Assembly (NCBI GenBank): GCA_020348985.1
Contig: CP070761.1
Span: 2,433,087-2,497,086 of the forward strand
Direction: 5' to 3'
DNA length: 64,000 nt
From: Candidatus Thorarchaeota archaeon
Lineage (GTDB): Archaea; Asgardarchaeota; Thorarchaeia; Thorarchaeales; Thorarchaeaceae
Made by a program: the position numbers and the translations under genes. The notes under the pieces are model-generated. The model did no database searches and was not told the origin of the DNA. It saw only the letters and a program-made list of their open reading frames with translations. Each line of letters begins with the position of its first letter. Position 1 is the stretch's first letter. Of the stretch, positions 36,803 to 46,963 are shown in pieces.

Positions 36803-38527
36803 ATGATTCGAGAGCAAGACGCAGTTCAATCAGGAATTCAATATCAGAGTGCGGCAGAACGCGCCTTCGCTCAAGCGCTTGCGGATTTCTATCATCCCCC
36901 GCTCCCAAGTCCGATCATTCAGTATGATCCTGAAGCTTCAAGCTTCTTCTTCATAGATGCCAAAAGCTGGACTGTCCACCTGAATACAGCAGGGGTTCCT
37001 GTGCACCTTGATGCAAATGAAGCTGAGCCATATTTGCGATCGGTCTCGCAACATGAGATTCAGCATTACTTGGTCTGCCCTTTTGACGGCATAACGAACG
37101 GTATGATGTTCGCTGCGGCACGACGTCACGTGAATGATGCCACTGCAATGTTCACCTGCAACCTGTTTGCAGACCTTGTGGTTGATTCTGGACTCTTGAA
37201 GAGGTATCCTCGGCTTACTCACGAACGGATTCAGCTTTCAATACACGACTCTGCAATGAGAGTCAAAGAACACAGCCCTCTATGGCTCCTGATTGCAGGA
37301 TGTTACCGTGCGATGTGGGGATTCCCGTTACCTCCAACGGCAGGCATGGACCGCTCCACATACTCAACGGCCGAAGCGATTGTAGAGATGGTCAAGAAAT
37401 CTCTTGGCCGAGAAAGTAGATGGCCCAAGACTTGCAGAGAGATAGCCCGGATAATTGCTGAATGGTTGCCTCCTGAGGAGGAACAGCTCCCCGGTTGTCC
37501 GGCATTGTCTTCAGATGGGGGTCTAAATGCAGACTCTGTAACCATCTTCGTTCCACTTGACGTTGATGGAATCATGGGCAGCCCAATAGAAGATCGGAAT
37601 GGCGATCGAGCGAGGAGATGTCTTGACCCCGACTCGATTGCTGATATGGATTCTGAGATGGAGCGAATCGCGGTAGAAGTTGAGCAGAGAGGCGGCGGAC
37701 TCGATGATCTCGATGCCGTGTACACGTTGACCGGAATTGGAGACGAAAGAAGTGAGTGGATTCGGTTCTGGTATCGAGCCAAAGCACGAGGAATGATCCG
37801 ATATGAAATATCAGAAAGATTCCCATCTGGATCAGTGCCGCTAACACCCCAACTCTGGAGGCTAGGAGACCCAGTAGAAGAGCTGGATATTGTCCAATCA
37901 CTCCAGACATTCCCAGTCTTGGTTCCTAATCTCTCAACACGAAGATGGGCAAAGGCTGACTCTTTCGGCCAATTGGAATCGAAGTCAATTCCTGACATGT
38001 TGATAGTCATTGACTCAAGTGGCTCCATGACTTACTCTATGAGTCGTAGCACAATAGCCGGAGAGTTTCACACAGCTTTGCTTGCAGCTTTTGCGTCAAT
38101 GGACTTTGCCCTAAAGAGAGGTAGGCGAGTTGCGGTTATCAACTTCTCAGATGGTGTCAGAGTATGTGATTGGACTCGTCAAAGAAGAGATGCTGAGATG
38201 AGACTCCTTTCCTATCAGGGCGGAGGAACTATGGCACCAATTAAACACATTGAACAAATGTGTTCTCGTGCAGATGGTCATAACATGATCATTCTGATGA
38301 CTGACGCTGAGATAGCCAACTGGGACAAGTTCGTGAAAGCTGTGGATACCTTGACCAAGAAGGGCATCAAGCTGTTCCTTTTTCACATTGGACGCAGCAG
38401 CGCGAAGAGCCTGGACAAAATCCAGATTGCTCTCAAAGAGGCTGGTGCAAATGTCTACCCAATCGCGTCTGTTGACGACCTTCCAGGCCTCGTAGTCAGG
38501 GAGATTAACTCCTTCTACCGCTATTAG
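36803..38527 (+). CDS. HExxH metallopeptidase-like domain plus vWA domain protein
   Basis: HEIQH..NLFADLVVD; MIDAS DSSGS, GGT, TDAE; abuts MoxR stop. Confidence 0.85.
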   Translation: MIREQDAVQSGIQYQSAAERAFAQALADFYHPPLPSPIIQYDPEASSFFFIDAKSWTVHLNTAGVPVHLDANEAEPYLRSVSQHEIQHYLVCPFDGITNGMMFAAARRHVNDATAMFTCNLFADLVVDSGLLKRYPRLTHERIQLSIHDSAMRVKEHSPLWLLIAGCYRAMWGFPLPPTAGMDRSTYSTAEAIVEMVKKSLGRESRWPKTCREIARIIAEWLPPEEEQLPGCPALSSDGGLNADSVTIFVPLDVDGIMGSPIEDRNGDRARRCLDPDSIADMDSEMERIAVEVEQRGGGLDDLDAVYTLTGIGDERSEWIRFWYRAKARGMIRYEISERFPSGSVPLTPQLWRLGDPVEELDIVQSLQTFPVLVPNLSTRRWAKADSFGQLESKSIPDMLIVIDSSGSMTYSMSRSTIAGEFHTALLAAFASMDFALKRGRRVAVINFSDGVRVCDWTRQRRDAEMRLLSYQGGGTMAPIKHIEQMCSRADGHNMIILMTDAEIANWDKFVKAVDTLTKKGIKLFLFHIGRSSAKSLDKIQIALKEAGANVYPIASVDDLPGLVVREINSFYRY

Positions 38528-38612
38528 AGCTAGGCCCAAAGTTTTATCTCGCACGTAAAAACGCAACGCCTGTCACCTGGAGCAAACTAGGTCTCCTAGA
38601 GGCAGTGATAGT

Positions 38613-39455
38613 ATGTATGAAATCCTCTTCAAGAAGATTCTGAACGAGAACACGAAGTTCATGGTTGTTGACGCCCCAGAGATTGCCAGGGTCTGCAAAC
38701 CTGGTCAGTTCGTAGTGATACGAGTCAATGAAACTGGAGAGCGTATTCCACTTACAATTGCAGACTTTGACCGTGAGAAAGGAACAATAACAATTGTCTT
38801 TCAAGAGGTTGGAAAATCAACCAAGCTTCTCGGAAGTCTTGAGAAGGGAGACAAGATTCTAAATTTCGTAGGCCCACTCGGCAAACCTACACCCACTGAA
38901 AAGGTCTACGGTACCGTTGTAGCTGTTGGGGGTGGGTGTGGAACTGCAATTGTATACCCTGTTGCTCGAGCTTTCAAGGAGGCTGGCAATCATCTCATCA
39001 GCATAAATGGAGCTCGCAGTATGGACCTTCTCATATATAGAAGAGAAATGGAAGAAATCAGCGACGAAACTTATGAGACCACGGATGACGGATCATGTGG
39101 AGTTCATGGTTTTGTGACAACAGTGTTGGGAGACCTCATCTCAAAAGGCAGAAAGATTGACCTTGTTTTTGCTGTTGGTCCTGTTCCTATGATGAAGTTC
39201 GTTTCAAAGATCACTGCAGCACAAGAGATTCCCACACTGGTTAGCTTGAATAGTATCATGGTTGATGGGACGGGAATGTGTGGAGCCTGTCGGGTGAACG
39301 TTGGAGGGCAAATGAAGTTCTCATGTGTAGATGGACCAGAATTCGATGGTCATGAAGTTGATTATGATGAGCTGATGGGGCGGCTGAACGCATACAAGGA
39401 ACAGGAAGAGATCTCTGATAGGCTTTGGAATGAGTCACAGGGAGGTGCCGCATAG
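38613..39455 (+). CDS. nfnA: NfnA/SudB small subunit of ferredoxin-dependent transhydrogenase
   Basis: PGQFV..GERIPLTIAD, GPLG, MVDGTGMCGACRV, CVDGPEFD. Confidence 0.92.
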   Translation: MYEILFKKILNENTKFMVVDAPEIARVCKPGQFVVIRVNETGERIPLTIADFDREKGTITIVFQEVGKSTKLLGSLEKGDKILNFVGPLGKPTPTEKVYGTVVAVGGGCGTAIVYPVARAFKEAGNHLISINGARSMDLLIYRREMEEISDETYETTDDGSCGVHGFVTTVLGDLISKGRKIDLVFAVGPVPMMKFVSKITAAQEIPTLVSLNSIMVDGTGMCGACRVNVGGQMKFSCVDGPEFDGHEVDYDELMGRLNAYKEQEEISDRLWNESQGGAA

Positions 39456-40888
39456 TGTCTGATAGAAGCAACAAGGCTCCAGCAAAAAAGCGTGAGAGGA
39501 AACCTCCCACCAAGAAGGTGCCCATGCCCGAGCAAGACCCGCTTGAACGCAGAAAGAACTTTGACGAAGTGGCTCTTGGATATGATGCTGAGCAAGCAGT
39601 TGCAGAAGCCGAGAAATGTCTACAATGCAGGAATCCCAAATGCATAGACGGTTGCCCGGTGGAGGTGAACATCAAAGAGTTCATTGAACTGGTCCGCGTA
39701 AGGCGATTCATGGAAGCTGCTCTGAAGATAAAAGAAACCAACAGTCTTCCAGCTATCTGCGGTCGCGTTTGCCCTCAAGAAACCCAATGTGAGCAGTCCT
39801 GCATCTACGGCATTCGTAATGAACCCATAGCTATCGGTCGTCTTGAAAGATTTGTAGCTGACTATGCGCGCGCCCATGATGAACCAATGCCAGAAATACT
39901 GGATAGAATAGGAAGGAAGATTGCAGTCATTGGATCGGGACCAGCTGGATTAACCTGCGCCGGCGACCTCGCTAGACTGGGTTATGACGTAACTATCTTT
40001 GAGGCCTTCCACAAACCTGGGGGCGTTCTTGTCTATGGTATCCCCGAGTTCAGATTACCAAAAGACATTGTGATGGCCGAAGTGGAGTATCTTGAGAGGT
40101 TAGGTGTTGAGATCAAGTACGATTATGTCATCGGGAAAATTCGTACTGTACTCGAATTGATTGATGAGGACGGCTATGATGCAGTCTTCTTGGGAACCGG
40201 AGCAGGTGCCCCCAACTTCATGAGAATATCAGGTATGAACCTGGTGACCGTATTCTCAGCAAACGAGTTCCTAACACGGGTCAATCTGATGAAGGCATAT
40301 GAGTTTCCCGAGTACGATACGCCTGTCAGGATTGGCAACAGTGTAGCAGTCATTGGTGGAGGAAATGTAGCCATGGATGCGGCTCGTACATCCGTGAGAC
40401 TTGGTGCAGATGAAGTTACTATCATCTATAGACGTTCTATGGAAGAGCTCCCTGCACGACTTGAAGAAGTTCATCATGCAGAGGAGGAAGGAGTACACTT
40501 CCGTCTTCTGACTAGTCCCACGGAAGTCCTGGGCAATGAAAGTGGTGAAGTCATTGGCATGCAATGCATTGAGATGGAGCTTGGTGAACCTGACGAATCT
40601 GGGAGGAGACGGCCGATTCCAATTCCGGATTCTGAGTCTACCATCAATGTTGACACAGTAATTGTGGCAATTGGCAACTCTCCAAATCCAATAATCCCAC
40701 AAACCACGCCTGGACTTGATGTCACCTATTGGGGGACCATCATTGTAAACGAAGAGACAGGGATGACGTCACTTCCCGGTGTCTTTGCAGGTGGTGATAT
40801 TGTGACAGGTGCCGCAACGGTAATCAGTGCGATGGGGGCGGGAAAGCGAGCCGCCCGGGGGATCCATAAGCTCCTGAACGGCGAGTGA
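39455..40888 (+). CDS. nfnB: NfnB/SudA (GltD-like) large subunit
   Basis: CLQC..CIDGCPV, CGRVCPQETQCE, GSGPAG, GGGNVAMD, GGDIVTGAATVI. Confidence 0.92.
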   Translation: MSDRSNKAPAKKRERKPPTKKVPMPEQDPLERRKNFDEVALGYDAEQAVAEAEKCLQCRNPKCIDGCPVEVNIKEFIELVRVRRFMEAALKIKETNSLPAICGRVCPQETQCEQSCIYGIRNEPIAIGRLERFVADYARAHDEPMPEILDRIGRKIAVIGSGPAGLTCAGDLARLGYDVTIFEAFHKPGGVLVYGIPEFRLPKDIVMAEVEYLERLGVEIKYDYVIGKIRTVLELIDEDGYDAVFLGTGAGAPNFMRISGMNLVTVFSANEFLTRVNLMKAYEFPEYDTPVRIGNSVAVIGGGNVAMDAARTSVRLGADEVTIIYRRSMEELPARLEEVHHAEEEGVHFRLLTSPTEVLGNESGEVIGMQCIEMELGEPDESGRRRPIPIPDSESTINVDTVIVAIGNSPNPIIPQTTPGLDVTYWGTIIVNEETGMTSLPGVFAGGDIVTGAATVISAMGAGKRAARGIHKLLNGE

Positions 40889-41236
40889 CTTTACTAGGAG
40901 TGTACTGCTTGACCATTTGTACAGCATATGAAATCCCAGAAGGTGTGCTCGAAGAGGCTTCATCTACCAATTGACCTTCCATTTAGGATGAAGACATCAA
41001 GACAAGGATTGGAATTCGTTTGTGACTACGTGAAGAATAGAGCCGGAATCAGGCTCTTTCGCTCCTGCACGTCAGCGAAAATGGACAAACGAATGTTGAC
41101 ATCAGAAACCCGTTCGCCGAAACAGGTGTGGACGACCGCTTCTCAGGAAAGTAATACGAAGAGCAGTTCATAACTGACTTGCCCATCTTGCCGTTTGCTC
41201 AGCTGATGATTTCGTGGATTCGCTTTCGAAAGCAAG

Positions 41237-41908
41237 CTATTTCTTGACTCTAATCTCGCAAAAGACACTGCTCCTATCTACTAATTGAACTGTTGATTCA
41301 ACACCAACCTCCAATGCAATTCTGGCGAAATCATCAGGTCCGAATGTGGTCGATTTGAACCCATCTTTGCAGACTATGATTCCGTTCCCAGTGAGTTCCC
41401 AATCAATCTCTCCAACCAGTTTCTCTTCTGATTGAAGCTCGAACCAGTCCAGTCTATGATTCCAGAATTGGTCGGCATAGCTTGAGAATAGGCAACGTCC
41501 GCCCGGACGTGTGACGCGAATGCTCTCACGAACAAGCGATGAAGGGTCGAGGTTGAATGCTGAAATCCCATTCTGAATGCAAATCACAACATCAAACTCA
41601 TTGTCGTCAAAGGCAAGAGATCCCGCGTTCATTTGCGCCAAATCCAACTCTACATCATACAAATCATACGTCATCGCCAGGCTTGAAAAAGAAGTGTCAA
41701 TCCCAACCAATCTAGTAGCATATCCATCTAGTCTTGACAAGAAACGGGCGAAACCACAACCCAGCTCGAGAACAACATCCTCTGTATTCAACCTAGCCAA
41801 TACATGCTGAACCTCTGCTTCAAGATATTGCATTATTCTTGGAGGCGCGACTTCATAGCATCTCTTCAGACGTTCAGCCGAGAGTCTCTCGGAGTAGTAA
41901 GCTTCCAT
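41237..41908 (-). CDS. Class I SAM-dependent methyltransferase
   Basis: VLELGCG, GID, FDVVIC, RVTRPGG. Confidence 0.88.
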   Translation of the reverse strand: MEAYYSERLSAERLKRCYEVAPPRIMQYLEAEVQHVLARLNTEDVVLELGCGFARFLSRLDGYATRLVGIDTSFSSLAMTYDLYDVELDLAQMNAGSLAFDDNEFDVVICIQNGISAFNLDPSSLVRESIRVTRPGGRCLFSSYADQFWNHRLDWFELQSEEKLVGEIDWELTGNGIIVCKDGFKSTTFGPDDFARIALEVGVESTVQLVDRSSVFCEIRVKK

Positions 41909-42061
41909 TCCAATCGGTGTTCAAATCACAATGCTGCATTAGTCTTTCTGATGTATGGCCCCGTGAGTGAGAGAAGTACAAGCTAGATTTGGGTCGGGAA
42001 AGACGAAGAGGAAAGTGTCATATTGGATGACTGCTTGGTTCCAACACGGGAAGGGAATTCT

Positions 42062-43588
42062 ATGCAGGACACACCCATCGACTCGAAGCATATGCGTATT
42101 CTCGAGCTGAATTCTCAGTACCTAGGCGTGGATCTTGGGATGCTGATGCAGCAAGCTGGACGCGAAGTTGCGCGAGTCATTGAAATGAACGAGGACTTGG
42201 AGCAGAAGTGGATTATCATCCTCTGCGGAGGCGGCGGAAACGGCGGCGATGGCATGGTCGCCGCGCGTCATTTGCTAGAGGTCGGTGCGAATGTAGAGGT
42301 CTATCTTCTAGGTTCAGAATCCGACATATCAAGCCCTGACACCAGATGGAATTGGGAAATTCTCGACAATCTACATGGAATTCCCAACGTGATTCTCAAG
42401 ACAGAGTCTGAAGTGAAGTCGTGCAAAGGAATTCTCGAGGCCGACCTGCTAGTAGACGCCCTTCTTGGTTTTGGTCTGAAGAGCAGAGTAAGAGAACCAT
42501 TGCTGACTGCGGTGAAGATGATTAACAAGTCGGAAGCAAAGACGTATTCAATCGATGTTCCTACCGGCCTAGACTCAGACACGGGCAAGGTCCATGGAAC
42601 CGTGGTCAAGGCAGACGCAACGATCACACTTCATGCCCCGAAACCGGGGTTAATGGACGCGGAAGATATCACCGGTACTGTATATGTTGTGCCAATCGGA
42701 ATACCACCTGAAGCGGAGCGACTCTGTGGCCCTGGTGACCTGTGGCTTTTCAATCGTCCACGCCATCCTGACTCACGAAAAGGTGACAACGGAAGAATCC
42801 TCGTGATTGGCGGCAGTGATGTATATTCTGGTGCTCCAGCGCTTGCGGGCATGGCTGCACTCAGGTCCGGGGCTGATCTTGTGACTGTAGTCGCGCCTGA
42901 CCCAGTCGTCCCCGCGATTCGTGCATATAGTCCGAATCTCATGGTGAGAAGCCTTGGCACTCGTGTCCTCCTGAGTGAGAGTCTGGATATGATACTGGAC
43001 TTGGTCAAAGCCAACGACGTTGTGGCACTAGGGCCAGGTCTGGGCTTGGAACCTGGAACAAGTTCGGCTGTTCTTACCTTGGTGGAGTCTATCGTGGCTA
43101 TGAAGAAGCCATTGGTGATTGACGCAGACGGCCTGAAAAGCCTTGCAAACTCAGGAATAGAGTTGGAACCAACCACATCGATTCTTACACCACACTGGAG
43201 TGAACTGGCAATGTTACTAGACGAGAGCCATAGTGAAACTCCCTACCTGGCTCTTAAGGTCGACACAGCACGCATGGCGGCCGAGATGTACAATGCCGTC
43301 ATTCTTCTCAAGGGTCCTATTGATGTGGTGGTTCGTCCGGAGGGGGCCTTCAAGCTTAACAGAACCGGAGTGCCAGCAATGACAGTGGGGGGAACCGGCG
43401 ATGTTCTAACCGGAATTTGCGCGGCTCTACTCGCTCAAAAAGAGGAATCACTTCATTGTGCGTCAGCTGCTGCATTTGTCTCAGGGATTGCTGGAGAGCT
43501 TGCATTCGAAAAGCTCGGCAATCACATTCTAGCAACGGATGTGATTGAAATGATTCCAAATGCAATGTCCGGAATCAGCCACGAATGA
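42062..43588 (+). CDS. nnr: Bifunctional NAD(P)H-hydrate epimerase/dehydratase
   Basis: CGGGGNGGDG, DALLGFG, IDVPTG; KGDNG, GPGLG, DADG, TPH, GGTGDVL. Confidence 0.93.
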   Translation: MQDTPIDSKHMRILELNSQYLGVDLGMLMQQAGREVARVIEMNEDLEQKWIIILCGGGGNGGDGMVAARHLLEVGANVEVYLLGSESDISSPDTRWNWEILDNLHGIPNVILKTESEVKSCKGILEADLLVDALLGFGLKSRVREPLLTAVKMINKSEAKTYSIDVPTGLDSDTGKVHGTVVKADATITLHAPKPGLMDAEDITGTVYVVPIGIPPEAERLCGPGDLWLFNRPRHPDSRKGDNGRILVIGGSDVYSGAPALAGMAALRSGADLVTVVAPDPVVPAIRAYSPNLMVRSLGTRVLLSESLDMILDLVKANDVVALGPGLGLEPGTSSAVLTLVESIVAMKKPLVIDADGLKSLANSGIELEPTTSILTPHWSELAMLLDESHSETPYLALKVDTARMAAEMYNAVILLKGPIDVVVRPEGAFKLNRTGVPAMTVGGTGDVLTGICAALLAQKEESLHCASAAAFVSGIAGELAFEKLGNHILATDVIEMIPNAMSGISHE

Positions 43589-44576
43589 TAGGCATTTCAT
43601 CGAGGAAGCCTCGTGCCAATTTCTGATTCTCCTGATTCACAGGCACCCACACAATCCCGACATCTGGCTGACCATAGAGCATTACACTGCCATCTCTTGC
43701 CAGGAGAACGGCTGGAAATCCCATAAGATCTTCCTCACCTTCAACGACCACTAATGAAGTAGCACCATCATTGATTGCAGTGTCTATTACCGACCATGCT
43801 TCTGGATAGATTGTTGCAGCAGGGTTGAAAATCGTGTATTCCTTTTCTGCGGAGAACGACCCTACGAATTTGCCACGCTTTGTTATTCCATCTACAACTT
43901 GGACATCAGGAGTGTAACCTTGACTGACAAGAGTTGCACACGTGACATCGCCAACAGCAATGACGCATTCGGGAGAGTCAGCTTCGATCTTGGCGACAAC
44001 TCGCTCCTCAGGTTTGCCGTCTTTGGTCTCAAAAACTTCCCCTTTCGGTGTCTGCAGGTCTGCCCTGATGACCTCTCCCAACAATCTTGGGGGCTCTTCC
44101 GTTCCTCTCAGGACATGTCCGTTTCTGTCGATCTCCCCTTTACGTATTCTGGCGGAAGCTAGTTTATCCCCGTCGTTAGCTCGCATTGGCTTCATGTATT
44201 CAACACGATCTGATACCCCTAGTCTTTTGGAACGAAGGCTGAGCGCGTTCTCTTCAATATCGAGACAGCAAGGTCCTGCATACATCATGAAGCATGTGTC
44301 TCCGGGTATTTGCAGCAGTTGGTCAAAGCTTGAAATAACCTCGACCTCGATGATGTCATCTAGTCTGACTGATTCCAAGTAGTGCTTGAGGTTCTCAACA
44401 CGCATCGAAACTGGCTGAATCAGCTGATATAGCTCAAGCTTGTTGCCAATGATTTCGCCGTCAGTGACTCCTGCCACCGGTTCTGGCATCTCAGATAGAA
44501 TATCGACAAGCACATGGTGGCCTACATGAAGTCTGTCGAAAAGGTTGAGCGCCCAGCTTCCAGCCATATATAACAC
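43575..44576 (-). CDS. Fused phosphopantetheine adenylyltransferase plus GTP-dependent dephospho-CoA kinase (DUF359)
   Basis: FDRLHVGH, KLASARIRKGEID; VGDVT, VDGITKR, NPAATI, GEEDL, YGQP. Confidence 0.85.
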   Translation of the reverse strand: MLYMAGSWALNLFDRLHVGHHVLVDILSEMPEPVAGVTDGEIIGNKLELYQLIQPVSMRVENLKHYLESVRLDDIIEVEVISSFDQLLQIPGDTCFMMYAGPCCLDIEENALSLRSKRLGVSDRVEYMKPMRANDGDKLASARIRKGEIDRNGHVLRGTEEPPRLLGEVIRADLQTPKGEVFETKDGKPEERVVAKIEADSPECVIAVGDVTCATLVSQGYTPDVQVVDGITKRGKFVGSFSAEKEYTIFNPAATIYPEAWSVIDTAINDGATSLVVVEGEEDLMGFPAVLLARDGSVMLYGQPDVGIVWVPVNQENQKLARGFLDEMPIIRG

Positions 44577-44652
44577 GAGTTGGCGTGGTCTCTTTAAGTT
44601 TAATAACTGTGCCTCACATCATTTCAGGCAAAGGAATAACGTTGGCCTAGGC

Positions 44653-45357
44653 ATGAAGGTTCTGGCAGTAGCAGATGTTCACAGTCCAAGATTCCATGAG
44701 GATTTCGTGGCTGGACTGAAAGACCACGACTCGCCAGATTTGTTATTGATGGCAGGTGACATGGTTAATCGAGGTCGTGCCGCAGAGTATTCTCGAATTG
44801 TCGAGTCTATTGGCGACATTCTTGGCAACGATTTTCCGATTATCGCCTGTTTCGGCAATGATGATTATGGGGAACGAAGAGCTGCCATAATTGAAAATGG
44901 TGGAGACAGAATAACATTCCTTGACGAGAAATCAAAGGTCGTAGAGACTGACGGCTTGAAAGTGGGGATTGTTGGTACTCAAGGTTCTCTTGACAAGCCA
45001 ACTAGTTGGCAACGTAAGACAATTCCAAGTATCAAGCGTATCTTTGCCCAACGCGCCAGCCGTGCGGAATCTCTCCTTAGACGGCTCAAGGAGAAGACAG
45101 ACTATCGTATTCTGCTCATGCACTATGCACCTTGTCTTGAGACGTGTGAGGGTGAGAGTGCCCGCTCATTTGCTTGGCTAGGAAGCCGGAAATTCTATTC
45201 CGTAATCAAGACGGAACAACCCGATCTTGTCATTCATGGACACGTTCACAACGCAACAACGCTCGAGGCAAAGATTGGAGACACAATGGTCTACAATGTC
45301 GCGTTTCCTGCGGTAGGCTCTCTGACGAAACTTGAGATCCAAGATGGTTCTGGCTAA
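44653..45357 (+). CDS. Metallophosphoesterase
   Basis: ADVH, AGD, FGNDD, HYAP, HGHVH. Confidence 0.88.
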   Translation: MKVLAVADVHSPRFHEDFVAGLKDHDSPDLLLMAGDMVNRGRAAEYSRIVESIGDILGNDFPIIACFGNDDYGERRAAIIENGGDRITFLDEKSKVVETDGLKVGIVGTQGSLDKPTSWQRKTIPSIKRIFAQRASRAESLLRRLKEKTDYRILLMHYAPCLETCEGESARSFAWLGSRKFYSVIKTEQPDLVIHGHVHNATTLEAKIGDTMVYNVAFPAVGSLTKLEIQDGSG

Positions 45358-45782
45358 GGGTATGGATGTCCCGTGACCTTCAGTACGGGTTCGAACTTGT
45401 AGCCATAGACTATGATGCCTTTGTCGCCAAACTCGGTAATCTTTCGGAAACAGGCACGAACTCTCATGCCGATTTCGACTTCCTCAGGATCGCAGTTCAC
45501 AATCTGCCCAGTTAGTCTCGCTCCTTCATCGAGCTCAATCTGTGCAACCACGTAAGGCACCTGTCTCTTGAACGTGTCTGGTGCTTGTCGAACAACGGCA
45601 AAAGTATGTATCTTGCCAAGTCCCTTGAATCTGTAGTCCTCAAGTACACCTTTCCTCCTGCATTCAGGGCAGACTGGTCTGGGTGGGAAGTAGTAGGTGT
45701 CACATGTCTTGCAGTGGTTGCCTTGGATGTTGTAGATGGATTTGATCTTCCTCCAGATTTGAGCTACTCCATGTTCTGCCAT
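45354..45782 (-). CDS. DUF35 Zn-ribbon/OB-fold scaffold protein
   Basis: CKTC..FPPRPVCPEC, GIIVYGYKF; in HMGS-thiolase operon. Confidence 0.93.
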   Translation of the reverse strand: MAEHGVAQIWRKIKSIYNIQGNHCKTCDTYYFPPRPVCPECRRKGVLEDYRFKGLGKIHTFAVVRQAPDTFKRQVPYVVAQIELDEGARLTGQIVNCDPEEVEIGMRVRACFRKITEFGDKGIIVYGYKFEPVLKVTGHPYP

Positions 45783-45787
45783 CTTGA

Positions 45788-46954
45788 TTACCTCCCTAGA
45801 ATGTGAACTATTGATGTGGCGCCCGTTCCGCCAATGTTCACAGCCATCCCCTTCTCGGCTCCATCAACCTGTCTCTTGTCTGCATCTCCTCTCAGTTGTA
45901 GCACAAGCTCCACAATCTGAGCTACTCCAGTAGCCCCAATTGGATGTCCACGTGCTTTCAGGCCGCCAGACGTGTTTACAGGATACTTCCCATCCTTCTC
46001 TGTCAGACCCTCTTCGAGTATCTTGCCGCCTTCACCTTTCTTTGCGATTCCTATGTCTTCAGTTAGAATAATCTCTCCTATTGTGAAGCTGTCATGGAGT
46101 TCAAACACATCAATGTCGTCGATCTTAAGGCCTGCTTCTTTGAGCGACGAAGCCGATGACTTCTTGACAGCTTCCATTGTGCAGATGTCTTTTCTGTCGT
46201 GCAACGCTAGCGTGTCACCTGCTTGCTCTGAGGATTCGATGTAGACCGGAGTGTCTGTGAATTCCTTGGCTCTCTCTTCGGTGCACATAATGAGACCGGC
46301 AGCCCCATCAGTTACCGGGGATGAATGGAGCACGCGAAGGGGGTCTGCAAGAAGCCCTGATTTCATGACAACTTCTAGTGGCACTGGTCGCCGAAACTGC
46401 GCAAACTCATTGTGTGCAGCATTTGCGTGATTCTTCACAGCAACCATACTAAGATGCTCGAGAGTCGTTCCGTGTTCAAGCATGTGCCTTCTTGCCATGA
46501 ATGCATAGAGCGCAGGAAAAGTGGCGCCGAAGAGACCCTCCCACTCCCAATCAGATGCAACACTCATAGTATCCATTGCCTCGGATTGGTTGACGTCGCT
46601 CATCTTCTCACAGCCAAGAACCATCATGACTTCATGCTCACCCGACATTATCGCCATGTACGCATGTCGTACTGCAGCACCTCCACTAGCACAAGCCGCC
46701 TCCACACTGTAGGCTGGGATATTCCCCAACCCTCCCATATCAACCGCTTGTGCTCCGAGGTGTTCCTGGCCTGTGAATCTTCCAGCGCTCATGTTTCCGA
46801 TTGTGACTGCGTCTATCTGACTACCCTTGACTTGAGAGTCGAATATGGCAGACACTCCCGCTTCAAGAGTTATGTCCCTCAGATTCATGTCCCAAAGCTC
46901 ACCAAACTTGCTCATTCCTACGCCAACGATAGCTACTCTCTTGCCCATCTTCAA
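45788..46954 (-). CDS. Acetoacetyl-CoA thiolase (archaeal)
   Basis: EAACASG, KNHANA, ELHDSF, NTSGGLKARGHPIGATG. Confidence 0.93.
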   Translation of the reverse strand: MKMGKRVAIVGVGMSKFGELWDMNLRDITLEAGVSAIFDSQVKGSQIDAVTIGNMSAGRFTGQEHLGAQAVDMGGLGNIPAYSVEAACASGGAAVRHAYMAIMSGEHEVMMVLGCEKMSDVNQSEAMDTMSVASDWEWEGLFGATFPALYAFMARRHMLEHGTTLEHLSMVAVKNHANAAHNEFAQFRRPVPLEVVMKSGLLADPLRVLHSSPVTDGAAGLIMCTEERAKEFTDTPVYIESSEQAGDTLALHDRKDICTMEAVKKSSASSLKEAGLKIDDIDVFELHDSFTIGEIILTEDIGIAKKGEGGKILEEGLTEKDGKYPVNTSGGLKARGHPIGATGVAQIVELVLQLRGDADKRQVDGAEKGMAVNIGGTGATSIVHILGR

Positions 46955-46963
46955 TCCTCCTTA

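Noticed and set aside
40928-41173. 81-aa ORF after nfnB
   Set aside because: No motif or other support; may be a remnant, but cannot be supported
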